A stretch of 64,000 nt of DNA from a virus. A program made the position numbers and the translations under genes. The DNA lies in the IMG/VR virus record IMGVR_UViG_3300036985_004568, positions 1 to 64,000 of that record. One strand, written 5' to 3'. The notes under the pieces were generated by a model that saw only the letters and a program-made list of their open reading frames with translations, did no database searches and was not told the origin of the DNA. Each line of letters begins with the position of its first letter. Within the stretch, counting starts at the first letter, position 1. Positions 56,494-64,000 of the stretch are shown one piece after another.

Positions 56494-57081
56494 ATGAAAA
56501 ATATTATTGTTAATACAGCTGCCATCTTTGATCTGGTTCTTCTCGGAACTGATGGTAAAAAAGTTGAAGGCCTGGATATTCTTTATGAAATCAGAAGGGC
56601 CGATGACAATTCCTTAAGTGATACCGGGATAATGGGGGAAGAATCAGGGAGATATTTTGTAACAATTAACTTATCTGTTAAAGCACAGTATGTTATGTTT
56701 TATACTACACCTGAGGGTTATGAGGACGGTATGGAGGATTTTGCGGTTATAGATGAGCAAGCCAAAGAGTCCTCTGTCCAAGCCATTTCTACAAAAATAG
56801 ACCTTTTAGCGGGAACTTTAACTTCTATAATTAATTCTTTAACTTCACACAGGGGATTAACTGAAGATCGTTTAGCTAGAATACTTGGATTAGTACAGGA
56901 AAATTTTAGAATTACTTCCCCTGTATATGATACTCTAGGAAACTTAATTAGTAGTGTTACCAAAATTTATGCATCAGCTTCTGATTGCAATGCAGATATA
57001 AATCCTATTGCTACCTATTCGGTTGCGGGTTCTTATGATTCCACTAATAAACTTCTAACTTATAAAGTAACCAAAAACTAA
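56494..57081 (+). CDS. Putative virion structural protein
   Basis: Ig-like N-terminus, coiled coil, RILGLVQEN..YD repeats. Confidence 0.55.
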   Translation: MKNIIVNTAAIFDLVLLGTDGKKVEGLDILYEIRRADDNSLSDTGIMGEESGRYFVTINLSVKAQYVMFYTTPEGYEDGMEDFAVIDEQAKESSVQAISTKIDLLAGTLTSIINSLTSHRGLTEDRLARILGLVQENFRITSPVYDTLGNLISSVTKIYASASDCNADINPIATYSVAGSYDSTNKLLTYKVTKN

Positions 57082-57082
57082 C

Positions 57083-57856
57083 ATGCCTGATCCTGAAGAT
57101 CCAATACCTCCTCCTGATGAAGACGATGATTTAGGTGGTCATGCTAGACATCGTACCCCACCAAATCAACCTACTGTTAAATCTGTTGTTTTAGCGGGAG
57201 TTGGCTTATTTAAAAATGTCCTTTCTGCTATTACTAGGGGATTATTGTCCCCAAAAGAACTTCCAGTTGGGGAAGAGCCAATTGGAGGGGGTGGAAAACG
57301 GAGGAAAAAGTCACAAAAGACCCCTTATTTCCCTGGAAGGATAGTTCCACAGAGTAAAAAGTATAAACTTACGGGAACTAAGAAATTTCCCTTCCATTTC
57401 AAGGCTTTTGTGCTTGGAAAACTGAAGATAAGAGTTAAAGCGAAGACTAAGGTGCGGGGAACCTTACTTGCCCCTACGAGCCTCCTAGCGCAAATAACGG
57501 GTATTAAGCTATTTAAGAAGATGCTTAGGGCGCTTATTGGTGGTACAAAATTGACAAGAACGTTGACAAGAATACGTATTTTTGGAGTTAAGTTATTTGC
57601 TTCCAAGAGGTTATGGTTTGTCAAGGGGATTAAATCCTTTACTTACCAAGTACGGCAGATCCTTAGAGGTACCAAGTCATTCTCCAACTTTAACAAGTAT
57701 ATCTTAGTAGGAATTAAAATCTTTAGTACCAAGGTAAAATTAACCCTAAAAGGAACAATATTTAAAGCAATTAAATGTTTAAAGCAATTGAGGGGTAAAA
57801 AGGATTTTAAGAAGTTTTTATTTGCTTTGGGGATATTTGAAAAGAAGAAACGCTAA
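57083..57856 (+). CDS. Protein with acidic/Pro-rich N-terminus and basic 14-aa repeats
   Basis: Eleven xG-x-K-type units at 14-residue spacing. Confidence 0.6.
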   Translation: MPDPEDPIPPPDEDDDLGGHARHRTPPNQPTVKSVVLAGVGLFKNVLSAITRGLLSPKELPVGEEPIGGGGKRRKKSQKTPYFPGRIVPQSKKYKLTGTKKFPFHFKAFVLGKLKIRVKAKTKVRGTLLAPTSLLAQITGIKLFKKMLRALIGGTKLTRTLTRIRIFGVKLFASKRLWFVKGIKSFTYQVRQILRGTKSFSNFNKYILVGIKIFSTKVKLTLKGTIFKAIKCLKQLRGKKDFKKFLFALGIFEKKKR

Positions 57857-58309
57857 TCCGAAGATCCAACCAATTCCCAGTTCAGTTACCCACACATTTA
57901 TTTCAAATCTCACCATAAAGTAATTTACTAAACATAATAGTAGGGTAAACATAAAATAGGTATACCAGTCTTTGGTATGATAAGCAATGGGTAAGAAAGC
58001 AATAAGCCCGTAAACTAATCCACATAGCGTACGGGCCTGCACATTTGTTAATCCTAGAACATGCTGAAAGATTGAGTTTTCCCCATATCCTAAACGTATA
58101 ATTAGTGCTGTAATAATAGATAAAATTCCAATAATCCAATTCTTAGAGTTAAAGCCAAACACAATACCACATAAAATAGGAATTATTGTATCTCTCCATC
58201 CTACCCAAGGCCACGGATTTGGATTAATTAGACCAGGGCCCCAACCCCCTAAACGCCACAGGGGGCCACATGCCAACCATAAGCATATATTAAAGACAAT
58301 TTTCCACAT
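57818..58309 (-). CDS. Multi-pass membrane protein
   Basis: LWRLGG, WRD, GYG; 4-5 transmembrane segments. Confidence 0.7.
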   Translation of the reverse strand: MWKIVFNICLWLACGPLWRLGGWGPGLINPNPWPWVGWRDTIIPILCGIVFGFNSKNWIIGILSIITALIIRLGYGENSIFQHVLGLTNVQARTLCGLVYGLIAFLPIAYHTKDWYTYFMFTLLLCLVNYFMVRFEINVWVTELGIGWIFGLAFLLFKYPQSK

Positions 58310-58312
58310 AGT

Positions 58313-59407
58313 TTATGGATTAGGAAGTATCCATTCAGAAGGAATACTAGAATAATTACTTAAACTTGTAGTGGAATTACCTGCTCCACTATAGCAGGAG
58401 GTTGCAGTTACAGTACCTGTACCAAAGTTACAATTCCAAATAGCTGGAGCTTCCCCTTGCACGCCTGTAAAACTAGTTCTAGTAAAGCACTCAGTAAACT
58501 TAACGGATTTATTTAAAAATCTTGTATTCTCTTCTCCTGGTGCATAAAATATGGAGGCATTTAAACAAAGTTTATCACATCCATAAAATGTCCAAATAAA
58601 ATCATTTGCTTGGACATTATATTTAAATAATTCCGTAGGAATGGTGGTAAGCCGGAAGCAGGTGTGGAAGGCCATTTGAAAGTTTGTTGCTAGTAGGTTA
58701 TACCTAAATAGGTCAGTTGGAATGGCCCCTATCCTAGTGGTACCAAAAAAAACTGATTTAAAAGTAGTTACTTTATCATTATACCTGAATAAATCTGTAG
58801 GGATGGTAGTTAAAAAAGCGTCATTACATCCGTAAAAAGTTTGTTCAAAACTAGTAACTATAGTATTATATTTAAATAAATTAGCAGGGATTGCGCGTAA
58901 ATCTGAACATCCTCGGAAAGCGCCAAAAAATCTAGTTATTTTTGTACTTCCAGAAAATGCGTCAGTAGGAATTGAAGTCAACTTTGTGCAGTCCCTAAAA
59001 ATATTTTCAGCAGTAGTTAAAGACGTTAATTCTTTCATATTACTTGATATGGCGGTTAGATTAGTACAACCATTAAAATTCAGAGTAGTAAAGCCCATAT
59101 CCCCAATAAAATCAATTATTTCAGTAACTTTTAACTTATCCCCAGCATTATTAAATCCAAATGCTATACATGTACCCACCATAGTTATAGTTCTTGTTCC
59201 TGCTGTAGCATATGTATGGACTCTAGTTGCACTGGTATATGCAGTAACAGTACTATCGGAAGTACCATCCCCCCAGTTAACCGTAAAATTATGTGTACCT
59301 ATTAAAAGAGGTAAGGTAAAAGTTTCATTTGTAGAAGTGGTTGTCACACTAAATTTAAAAGTACCACTGGGTAATGACTTAAAAAATGTAGGTAAAGGGC
59401 TTATCAT
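58313..59407 (-). CDS. PKD-like domain plus BspA/DUF285-type leucine-rich repeat protein
   Basis: VNWGDG..HTYATAG; repeats LTxIPxDLFRYNxxxTxFxxTFxGC. Confidence 0.8.
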   Translation of the reverse strand: MISPLPTFFKSLPSGTFKFSVTTTSTNETFTLPLLIGTHNFTVNWGDGTSDSTVTAYTSATRVHTYATAGTRTITMVGTCIAFGFNNAGDKLKVTEIIDFIGDMGFTTLNFNGCTNLTAISSNMKELTSLTTAENIFRDCTKLTSIPTDAFSGSTKITRFFGAFRGCSDLRAIPANLFKYNTIVTSFEQTFYGCNDAFLTTIPTDLFRYNDKVTTFKSVFFGTTRIGAIPTDLFRYNLLATNFQMAFHTCFRLTTIPTELFKYNVQANDFIWTFYGCDKLCLNASIFYAPGEENTRFLNKSVKFTECFTRTSFTGVQGEAPAIWNCNFGTGTVTATSCYSGAGNSTTSLSNYSSIPSEWILPNP

Positions 59408-59412
59408 ATTAT

Positions 59413-59679
59413 TTACTTAAGTTGTATTGATTTGTTGATGGTATGGTCTACTAAAATATCTAATTTTCCTTCAATTTTAGCAAGCCGTTCCCTTATATCT
59501 GTCTGACCATTAGTACATTCTTTTTGCTCTTTTGCAAGGCGTATTACTTCTTTGTGTAGATGGCGGACATCATTAAATTTGATAATAACAAAAAAAGCAC
59601 CTTGAATTACAAATAGAACTATTGAACTTACTGCTGGCCACAACCTCAACGCTGTATCCCACTGCATGGTGTCCTCCAA
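59413..59679 (-). CDS. Transmembrane plus coiled-coil protein (XhlA/holin-like)
   Basis: One transmembrane helix, then IRERLAKIEGKLD. Confidence 0.5.
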   Translation of the reverse strand: MEDTMQWDTALRLWPAVSSIVLFVIQGAFFVIIKFNDVRHLHKEVIRLAKEQKECTNGQTDIRERLAKIEGKLDILVDHTINKSIQLK

Positions 59680-59680
59680 A

Positions 59681-60457
59681 TTAGAAAGCAGATTTTAGGA
59701 ATTCCAAAGAAAAATTAGAATATTTTCCGGTTCCACCACTGGAAGACCCCCTAACAAAACAGACATTGGTAAGGGTATATGATGTCCCACCATATGTCAC
59801 TGTTAATGTGTCTGCCGTTGTTGATAAAGTAGTATATAGATTCACTAAATATTGTTCTATTTCTATCCTGGACTCTTTTTTTACGTACCCATTCACCGTA
59901 ATACCTAGTTTACCACCGCCAACATAACCAGTTGACATCATCTTAATACCAAGGGCAGTTGGTAGGATATAGTCAATTACATTACCGTCATAGGAAACAT
60001 TAACTGAAGCGTGATCTCCTATGTAAATACTGCCAAATTTTACTGTCTGTACTGCTGCAGTAGATCCAGGTATATCCTCTAGTTTTCCAGATTTTGAAAA
60101 AGTAAACGTAGAAACTACAAATTCCCCTTGCGCGGACTTAATAGAATAGGCCGTTACTTTACAATTTGCTAAAATTAAAGAAATCCCAGTAGTACCATCT
60201 GGACCACCTAAGGACAGGTATATATCAAAATATGCCCCAACATCCAATCCAGTATCAAAAGTGGCCTCTAAAAAGTCACAGTTAACCGTAAGATCTTCAG
60301 TCTCAGTATCCTCTGATGTTACTTGCCCTTCAGGACCATATTCCTTATGGGTATTAATTCTATAATCTAAAGCAATATTTCGGGCAAATTCTATCGTTTT
60401 AATAGTAGCCCCACTTTGCTTTAGTACTAAATTTCCTACAGAAAAGCTGTAAACCAT
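59681..60457 (-). CDS. Putative tail structural protein
   Basis: Two beta-rich tail-tube/hub-like halves; AGGAGG RBS; late-gene context. Confidence 0.5.
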   Translation of the reverse strand: MVYSFSVGNLVLKQSGATIKTIEFARNIALDYRINTHKEYGPEGQVTSEDTETEDLTVNCDFLEATFDTGLDVGAYFDIYLSLGGPDGTTGISLILANCKVTAYSIKSAQGEFVVSTFTFSKSGKLEDIPGSTAAVQTVKFGSIYIGDHASVNVSYDGNVIDYILPTALGIKMMSTGYVGGGKLGITVNGYVKKESRIEIEQYLVNLYTTLSTTADTLTVTYGGTSYTLTNVCFVRGSSSGGTGKYSNFSLEFLKSAF

Positions 60458-60481
60458 TGGTATTCCTCCTACTATTGAAAA

Positions 60482-61873
60482 CTAACTAATAAGTTTAATA
60501 TGGCCTAATTGTAAGTTTATATTTCCTGATCCAGAAACAGTATCTCCTAGTACACAAATTGGAGCAATTGCGCAATTTCTAACATCATAACCACTGCAAG
60601 ATGAATGTAATCTAACCCCCCAAATACGAATATTACTAATATTATTTTTATTATACCCATATTCTAAAGCGGCAATAGAAGCAAGACTAAATACTCCACT
60701 TGCCAAAGGTTGCCAATGTTGTAGTCTATACCAGAGCATTCCTCCATCTGCTGGATCCCAGCAAAGATAACCTTCATCATCAACATATGCCCAAGACTCC
60801 CCTTCCGCATGACACTGTGTTCCAGCAATATTAGCTAAAACAAGAGTTGGAAACTTAACACTTCCATCTTTAAAAGAAATTGTAGCATCTAATTCTAAAA
60901 TACCATAATAATTGGAACCACTAACTGAAGTATCTTCCAATTTTATTTTCATATGATTATTAGCTTCTTCTATCAATAAAGTATCTGATAATTGAACTAA
61001 ATGTTTAAACACTGACATTACATAGTTCATACTTCCTAACGATATAGTAGCTGAGATACTAGAACTAGCAACTACTGAAATTTTTGCTTGTTTTTTCTCT
61101 TCATTAATCCAATCTTGATCAAATGAGTAAGAGCAACTTCCTCCTGTCATAACTCCAGCTCCATTACCATACCAGCATTCTCCTTCACGGTACCAATTAT
61201 TTAAAGCGTAAAGTCTTCCACCTGGCCAAAAATGTCCACCACCACCATAACCACCACCAGGAACAAAAGGATAAGTATAACTCCCAGAATCATGTATCAT
61301 TGGCTCTAGTGGAAGAGGTGGGTCTGTTACTGGGCCCTGTTCCCACGTTTCTTCCCACAATACATTTAGTAACATGCCTCTTCTTAGTTCTTCTATGTGT
61401 ACTGCTTTAATAGAGCATCGTTCGGGTAAATATGGGACTTTTTCAATCCTATCTACGTCTGTCCAATCTACTTGTGTAGTCTCATATTCTACTTCTCCAT
61501 ACTTATCCCCCTTAAAATAGTCCGCAATTGTAACTCCTACTTTTTCTAAACATTGTTCTACTATCAACCGTAATGACACGATATCTGCTTTTGTTATAGA
61601 TTTTTGTTTAGTAGTTAAAAATTGAGTTAGGCTAGGGGGAAATGGAACTAATAGTAAAGTACAAACAGAATTCCAATAAACTATTAGTTGATCAATATGT
61701 ATTTTTTTACTATTTGTTTTACCAGAATAACCTACTCCTGCTAAACTATGTTGTGTAAAAATAGGATCATTTAACCAAATAGGATCTGCACACCAAGATT
61801 CTAAATCTGCTGGTTGTGTTCCTATCGGCTTTAATTTACTTTTACAAATATTACAAATGGGATCTGTGGGCAT
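60482..61873 (-). CDS. Putative tail/baseplate protein
   Basis: IKAVHIEELR-type repeats; late-gene context. Confidence 0.5.
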   Translation of the reverse strand: MPTDPICNICKSKLKPIGTQPADLESWCADPIWLNDPIFTQHSLAGVGYSGKTNSKKIHIDQLIVYWNSVCTLLLVPFPPSLTQFLTTKQKSITKADIVSLRLIVEQCLEKVGVTIADYFKGDKYGEVEYETTQVDWTDVDRIEKVPYLPERCSIKAVHIEELRRGMLLNVLWEETWEQGPVTDPPLPLEPMIHDSGSYTYPFVPGGGYGGGGHFWPGGRLYALNNWYREGECWYGNGAGVMTGGSCSYSFDQDWINEEKKQAKISVVASSSISATISLGSMNYVMSVFKHLVQLSDTLLIEEANNHMKIKLEDTSVSGSNYYGILELDATISFKDGSVKFPTLVLANIAGTQCHAEGESWAYVDDEGYLCWDPADGGMLWYRLQHWQPLASGVFSLASIAALEYGYNKNNISNIRIWGVRLHSSCSGYDVRNCAIAPICVLGDTVSGSGNINLQLGHIKLIS

Positions 61874-61874
61874 A

Positions 61875-63998
61875 TTATGCGTAAGTACTAAGGCTTGAAT
61901 CTGGTTTAACTGATGTTTCTGCTACTTGGGCAGATTTACCAAATAAATCTTTAATTTTATTTACATTATATTCTAATGTGCTAACTGCTGGCTTAAGTGA
62001 CTCATTTTCTCTTTTACGCTCTTTATCCTTATTAAGTATATGTAACGTAGAGGCATATTCAGACTGTGGAATTGATAATTCTAATGACGTTCTAAATCCA
62101 TCATTAAAAGAATGATGCACTCTAACTACATCTAAACCATTAACTGTTGTACGTAAATCTAAAGTTTCATCCCCTAAAATTTGCAATGAGCCTTCTCTAA
62201 CTGGCAGGTCAGATTTATGAAATTCTGTATTTGCTGCGTCTATTAAAGTATCCATTACTTCATCTAAATTATCTCCTGGAAGCCCGTACTCTTCATCCTC
62301 TTCATTAAAAATAGGAGTTATCCCCTGTACAATATATCTATTGGGCAGCCCTGAGCCTACGGTATAAGAATAGCGTTTACCTTTATACGTATATAGTATC
62401 CTCATTTCGGCTATATATTGATCTGGGTCCTCTTCATAAGCAACTGTTAATTCTTCAGTTCTTAATTCTGCAGTTACAGGATCAAATATTTCGCGTTCTA
62501 AAGTACCATATATTATTGCTGCCTGGTATCTAACAGGTACCGAATTAAGTACAATATAAGCAGTTTTTCCAGTCTCATCATAGGAATAGTCTACTGAGGC
62601 GCTGGCATCTTGCCATTCTAGAGGATATGTCTCAAAGGATACAATTGCAGGTTTTGAAGAGAAGGAACCATCTCTCCAAGGATGTGCTACAGCAACTAAT
62701 TCTTCTAGTGCGGGATCCATTCTACTATATCGTTTTTCTAAAATATCCATAGGGGTAAATTCTACATTTCCTGTAGTAACCCATTTTGTAAATCCATAAT
62801 CTGTACCATAATCGCTTAAAGCGGGAACCTCTTCCATAATTTGTAATAATTTAGTTACCTTTGGTGCACTATTAGTACGGGCCTGAACTTTAACATTAGA
62901 AATTTCAGATTCAAATCCTCCTAAATTTAACTTAAAATAAAATCCCTTTACGTCATCTTTAGTTTTAAATGGAGTAAGCAGAGTACTAAAAGCAGTATTT
63001 TTAGGAGTAGGCATCTCATCATGTAGGGTAAAAGGAAATATTTGCTCCTGTTTATCTGGATCAGTAGTTTTAAATAAATTACCCTCTTTATTTGAGTCAA
63101 TAATTTGTAATTGTTTTATTTCAGTATATTGAGAAAAATCACTTACAGCAGTAACACTCTTAATCTGATTAGTTTTATCATTAATTAAATTTTCCTCTAA
63201 AATATTTTGGCCAATAGTATACGTTCGTCTACTTACAGGAAAACCATATCTATATTCACTTAATCCTCCAGTAATGGGAGAGGAATAAAGTACGGTACCA
63301 TGATAAGCCGCAATGGCAGCTCTAGCTTCTAATTCTGTATTTCCAACTAAAGAATCCTCGTCAAATTTAGAGATATAATTTTTCTTTGCTGGGGGCCAAG
63401 TTTGTTGTCTACAAAAAGTAGAATAATAATAAGCAAATCCAGTAACTGTGAAATTTACCTGTAGCGCTCCGCCACTCCATATCTCTTCTCGCTTAAATAA
63501 ATATCCTCCAAATACATATCTTCCATTTATTTTAATATATACCGTTTGGCCAGTAGCAAGTAATAGTTCGTCTGTTGGGCGTATATTTTTATGAAAAGAG
63601 GCCGTACAAAAGGAGGGACCATAGACTAATTCAATTGAATCTAATATGTAACCTGTAGAAATAATTCCACCAATACTTATCTCATATGCGGGATTTGTTC
63701 TATATTGGATATCAAAAGTAGGAGTTCCTAGAGTTAATGTTCCAGTGCTCTCTATTCCCTCACCATTCACTCCAACTACCTTAAAACTATAAGTAAGACC
63801 AGAAACTAATTCTCCAATCGTAGTTTGATAATCATATATTAATGTTTGATTTTGTTTAATCCAACTCCCACCAATATCTTTATAGACATTATACCCCGCA
63901 TTATCTGAACTTCCAGTCCAAGTTAAAAATAAAGCATCCCCTAATTTTGGATCTGTGGCAATTAGAGACGTAGGATTTACTGGGGCAGGATAAGCAAC
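61875..63998 (-). CDS. Tail/baseplate hub-like protein with fibronectin type III domain, 5'-truncated
   Basis: Frame is open to the window edge: PAPVNPTSL..LFLTW..GYNVY..L.SGLTYSFKVVGVN.EG.ES (FN3). C-terminal VVRVHHSFNDGFRTSLEL is hub-like. Confidence 0.7.
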   Translation of the reverse strand, partial: VAYPAPVNPTSLIATDPKLGDALFLTWTGSSDNAGYNVYKDIGGSWIKQNQTLIYDYQTTIGELVSGLTYSFKVVGVNGEGIESTGTLTLGTPTFDIQYRTNPAYEISIGGIISTGYILDSIELVYGPSFCTASFHKNIRPTDELLLATGQTVYIKINGRYVFGGYLFKREEIWSGGALQVNFTVTGFAYYYSTFCRQQTWPPAKKNYISKFDEDSLVGNTELEARAAIAAYHGTVLYSSPITGGLSEYRYGFPVSRRTYTIGQNILEENLINDKTNQIKSVTAVSDFSQYTEIKQLQIIDSNKEGNLFKTTDPDKQEQIFPFTLHDEMPTPKNTAFSTLLTPFKTKDDVKGFYFKLNLGGFESEISNVKVQARTNSAPKVTKLLQIMEEVPALSDYGTDYGFTKWVTTGNVEFTPMDILEKRYSRMDPALEELVAVAHPWRDGSFSSKPAIVSFETYPLEWQDASASVDYSYDETGKTAYIVLNSVPVRYQAAIIYGTLEREIFDPVTAELRTEELTVAYEEDPDQYIAEMRILYTYKGKRYSYTVGSGLPNRYIVQGITPIFNEEDEEYGLPGDNLDEVMDTLIDAANTEFHKSDLPVREGSLQILGDETLDLRTTVNGLDVVRVHHSFNDGFRTSLELSIPQSEYASTLHILNKDKERKRENESLKPAVSTLEYNVNKIKDLFGKSAQVAETSVKPDSSLSTYA

Positions 63999-64000
63999 TT

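Noticed and set aside
58313-59407. Repeat protein as a diversity-generating retroelement target
   Set aside because: No reverse transcriptase or template/variable repeat pair is visible in the window.
58986-59420. 144-aa plus-strand ORF
   Set aside because: It is antisense to the well-supported PKD/LRR gene.
1-64000. Stop-codon reassignment
   Set aside because: Conserved genes are full length in the standard code, and TAA, TAG and TGA all end genes immediately before the next RBS or start.

Overview
This is a 64 kb slice of a large, AT-rich, gene-dense tailed bacteriophage genome using the standard genetic code, GGAGG ribosome-binding sites and frequent TAATG/ATGA gene overlaps. Sigma70-type promoters indicate a bacterial host, and several secreted ORFs with beta-barrel-like C-termini suggest it is a diderm. 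Layout: (1) 1-10 kb, small early-type ORFs dominated by two paralog families of Cys-rich proteins. (2) 10-44 kb, DNA metabolism and accessory genes: two RecA paralogs, RuvB, RuvC, an Hjc-like resolvase, SbcCD, ATP-dependent DNA ligase, RNA ligase, 5'-3' exonuclease, a primase-helicase with two inteins, a UDG-PolA fusion, ClpP, peptide deformylase, an initiator-like tRNA-Met, a BT1-like MFS transporter and glycan-modifying enzymes. (3) 44-51 kb, a nucleotide/deoxyribose module: phosphoesterase, DeoC, SemiSWEET, an intein-split NDT-fold N-glycosidase and a dNTP diphosphohydrolase, followed by sigma-like fragments. (4) 51-58 kb, terminase with a mini-intein, portal and a collagen fibre. (5) 58-64 kb, convergent minus-strand tail-type genes. 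The most striking unexplained signal is a C-terminal tag in exact register, [TSN]-x-x-E followed by a hydrophobic patch and [YLFM]-stop, shared by at least 14 small proteins from two unrelated families. Other strong candidates are the dNTP-to-deoxyribose-5-phosphate catabolic cluster, and a -10-only promoter motif (GGTATATAATATATA) that co-occurs with sigma2-only or split sigma factors. All calls come from reading motifs by eye; no database searches were run.
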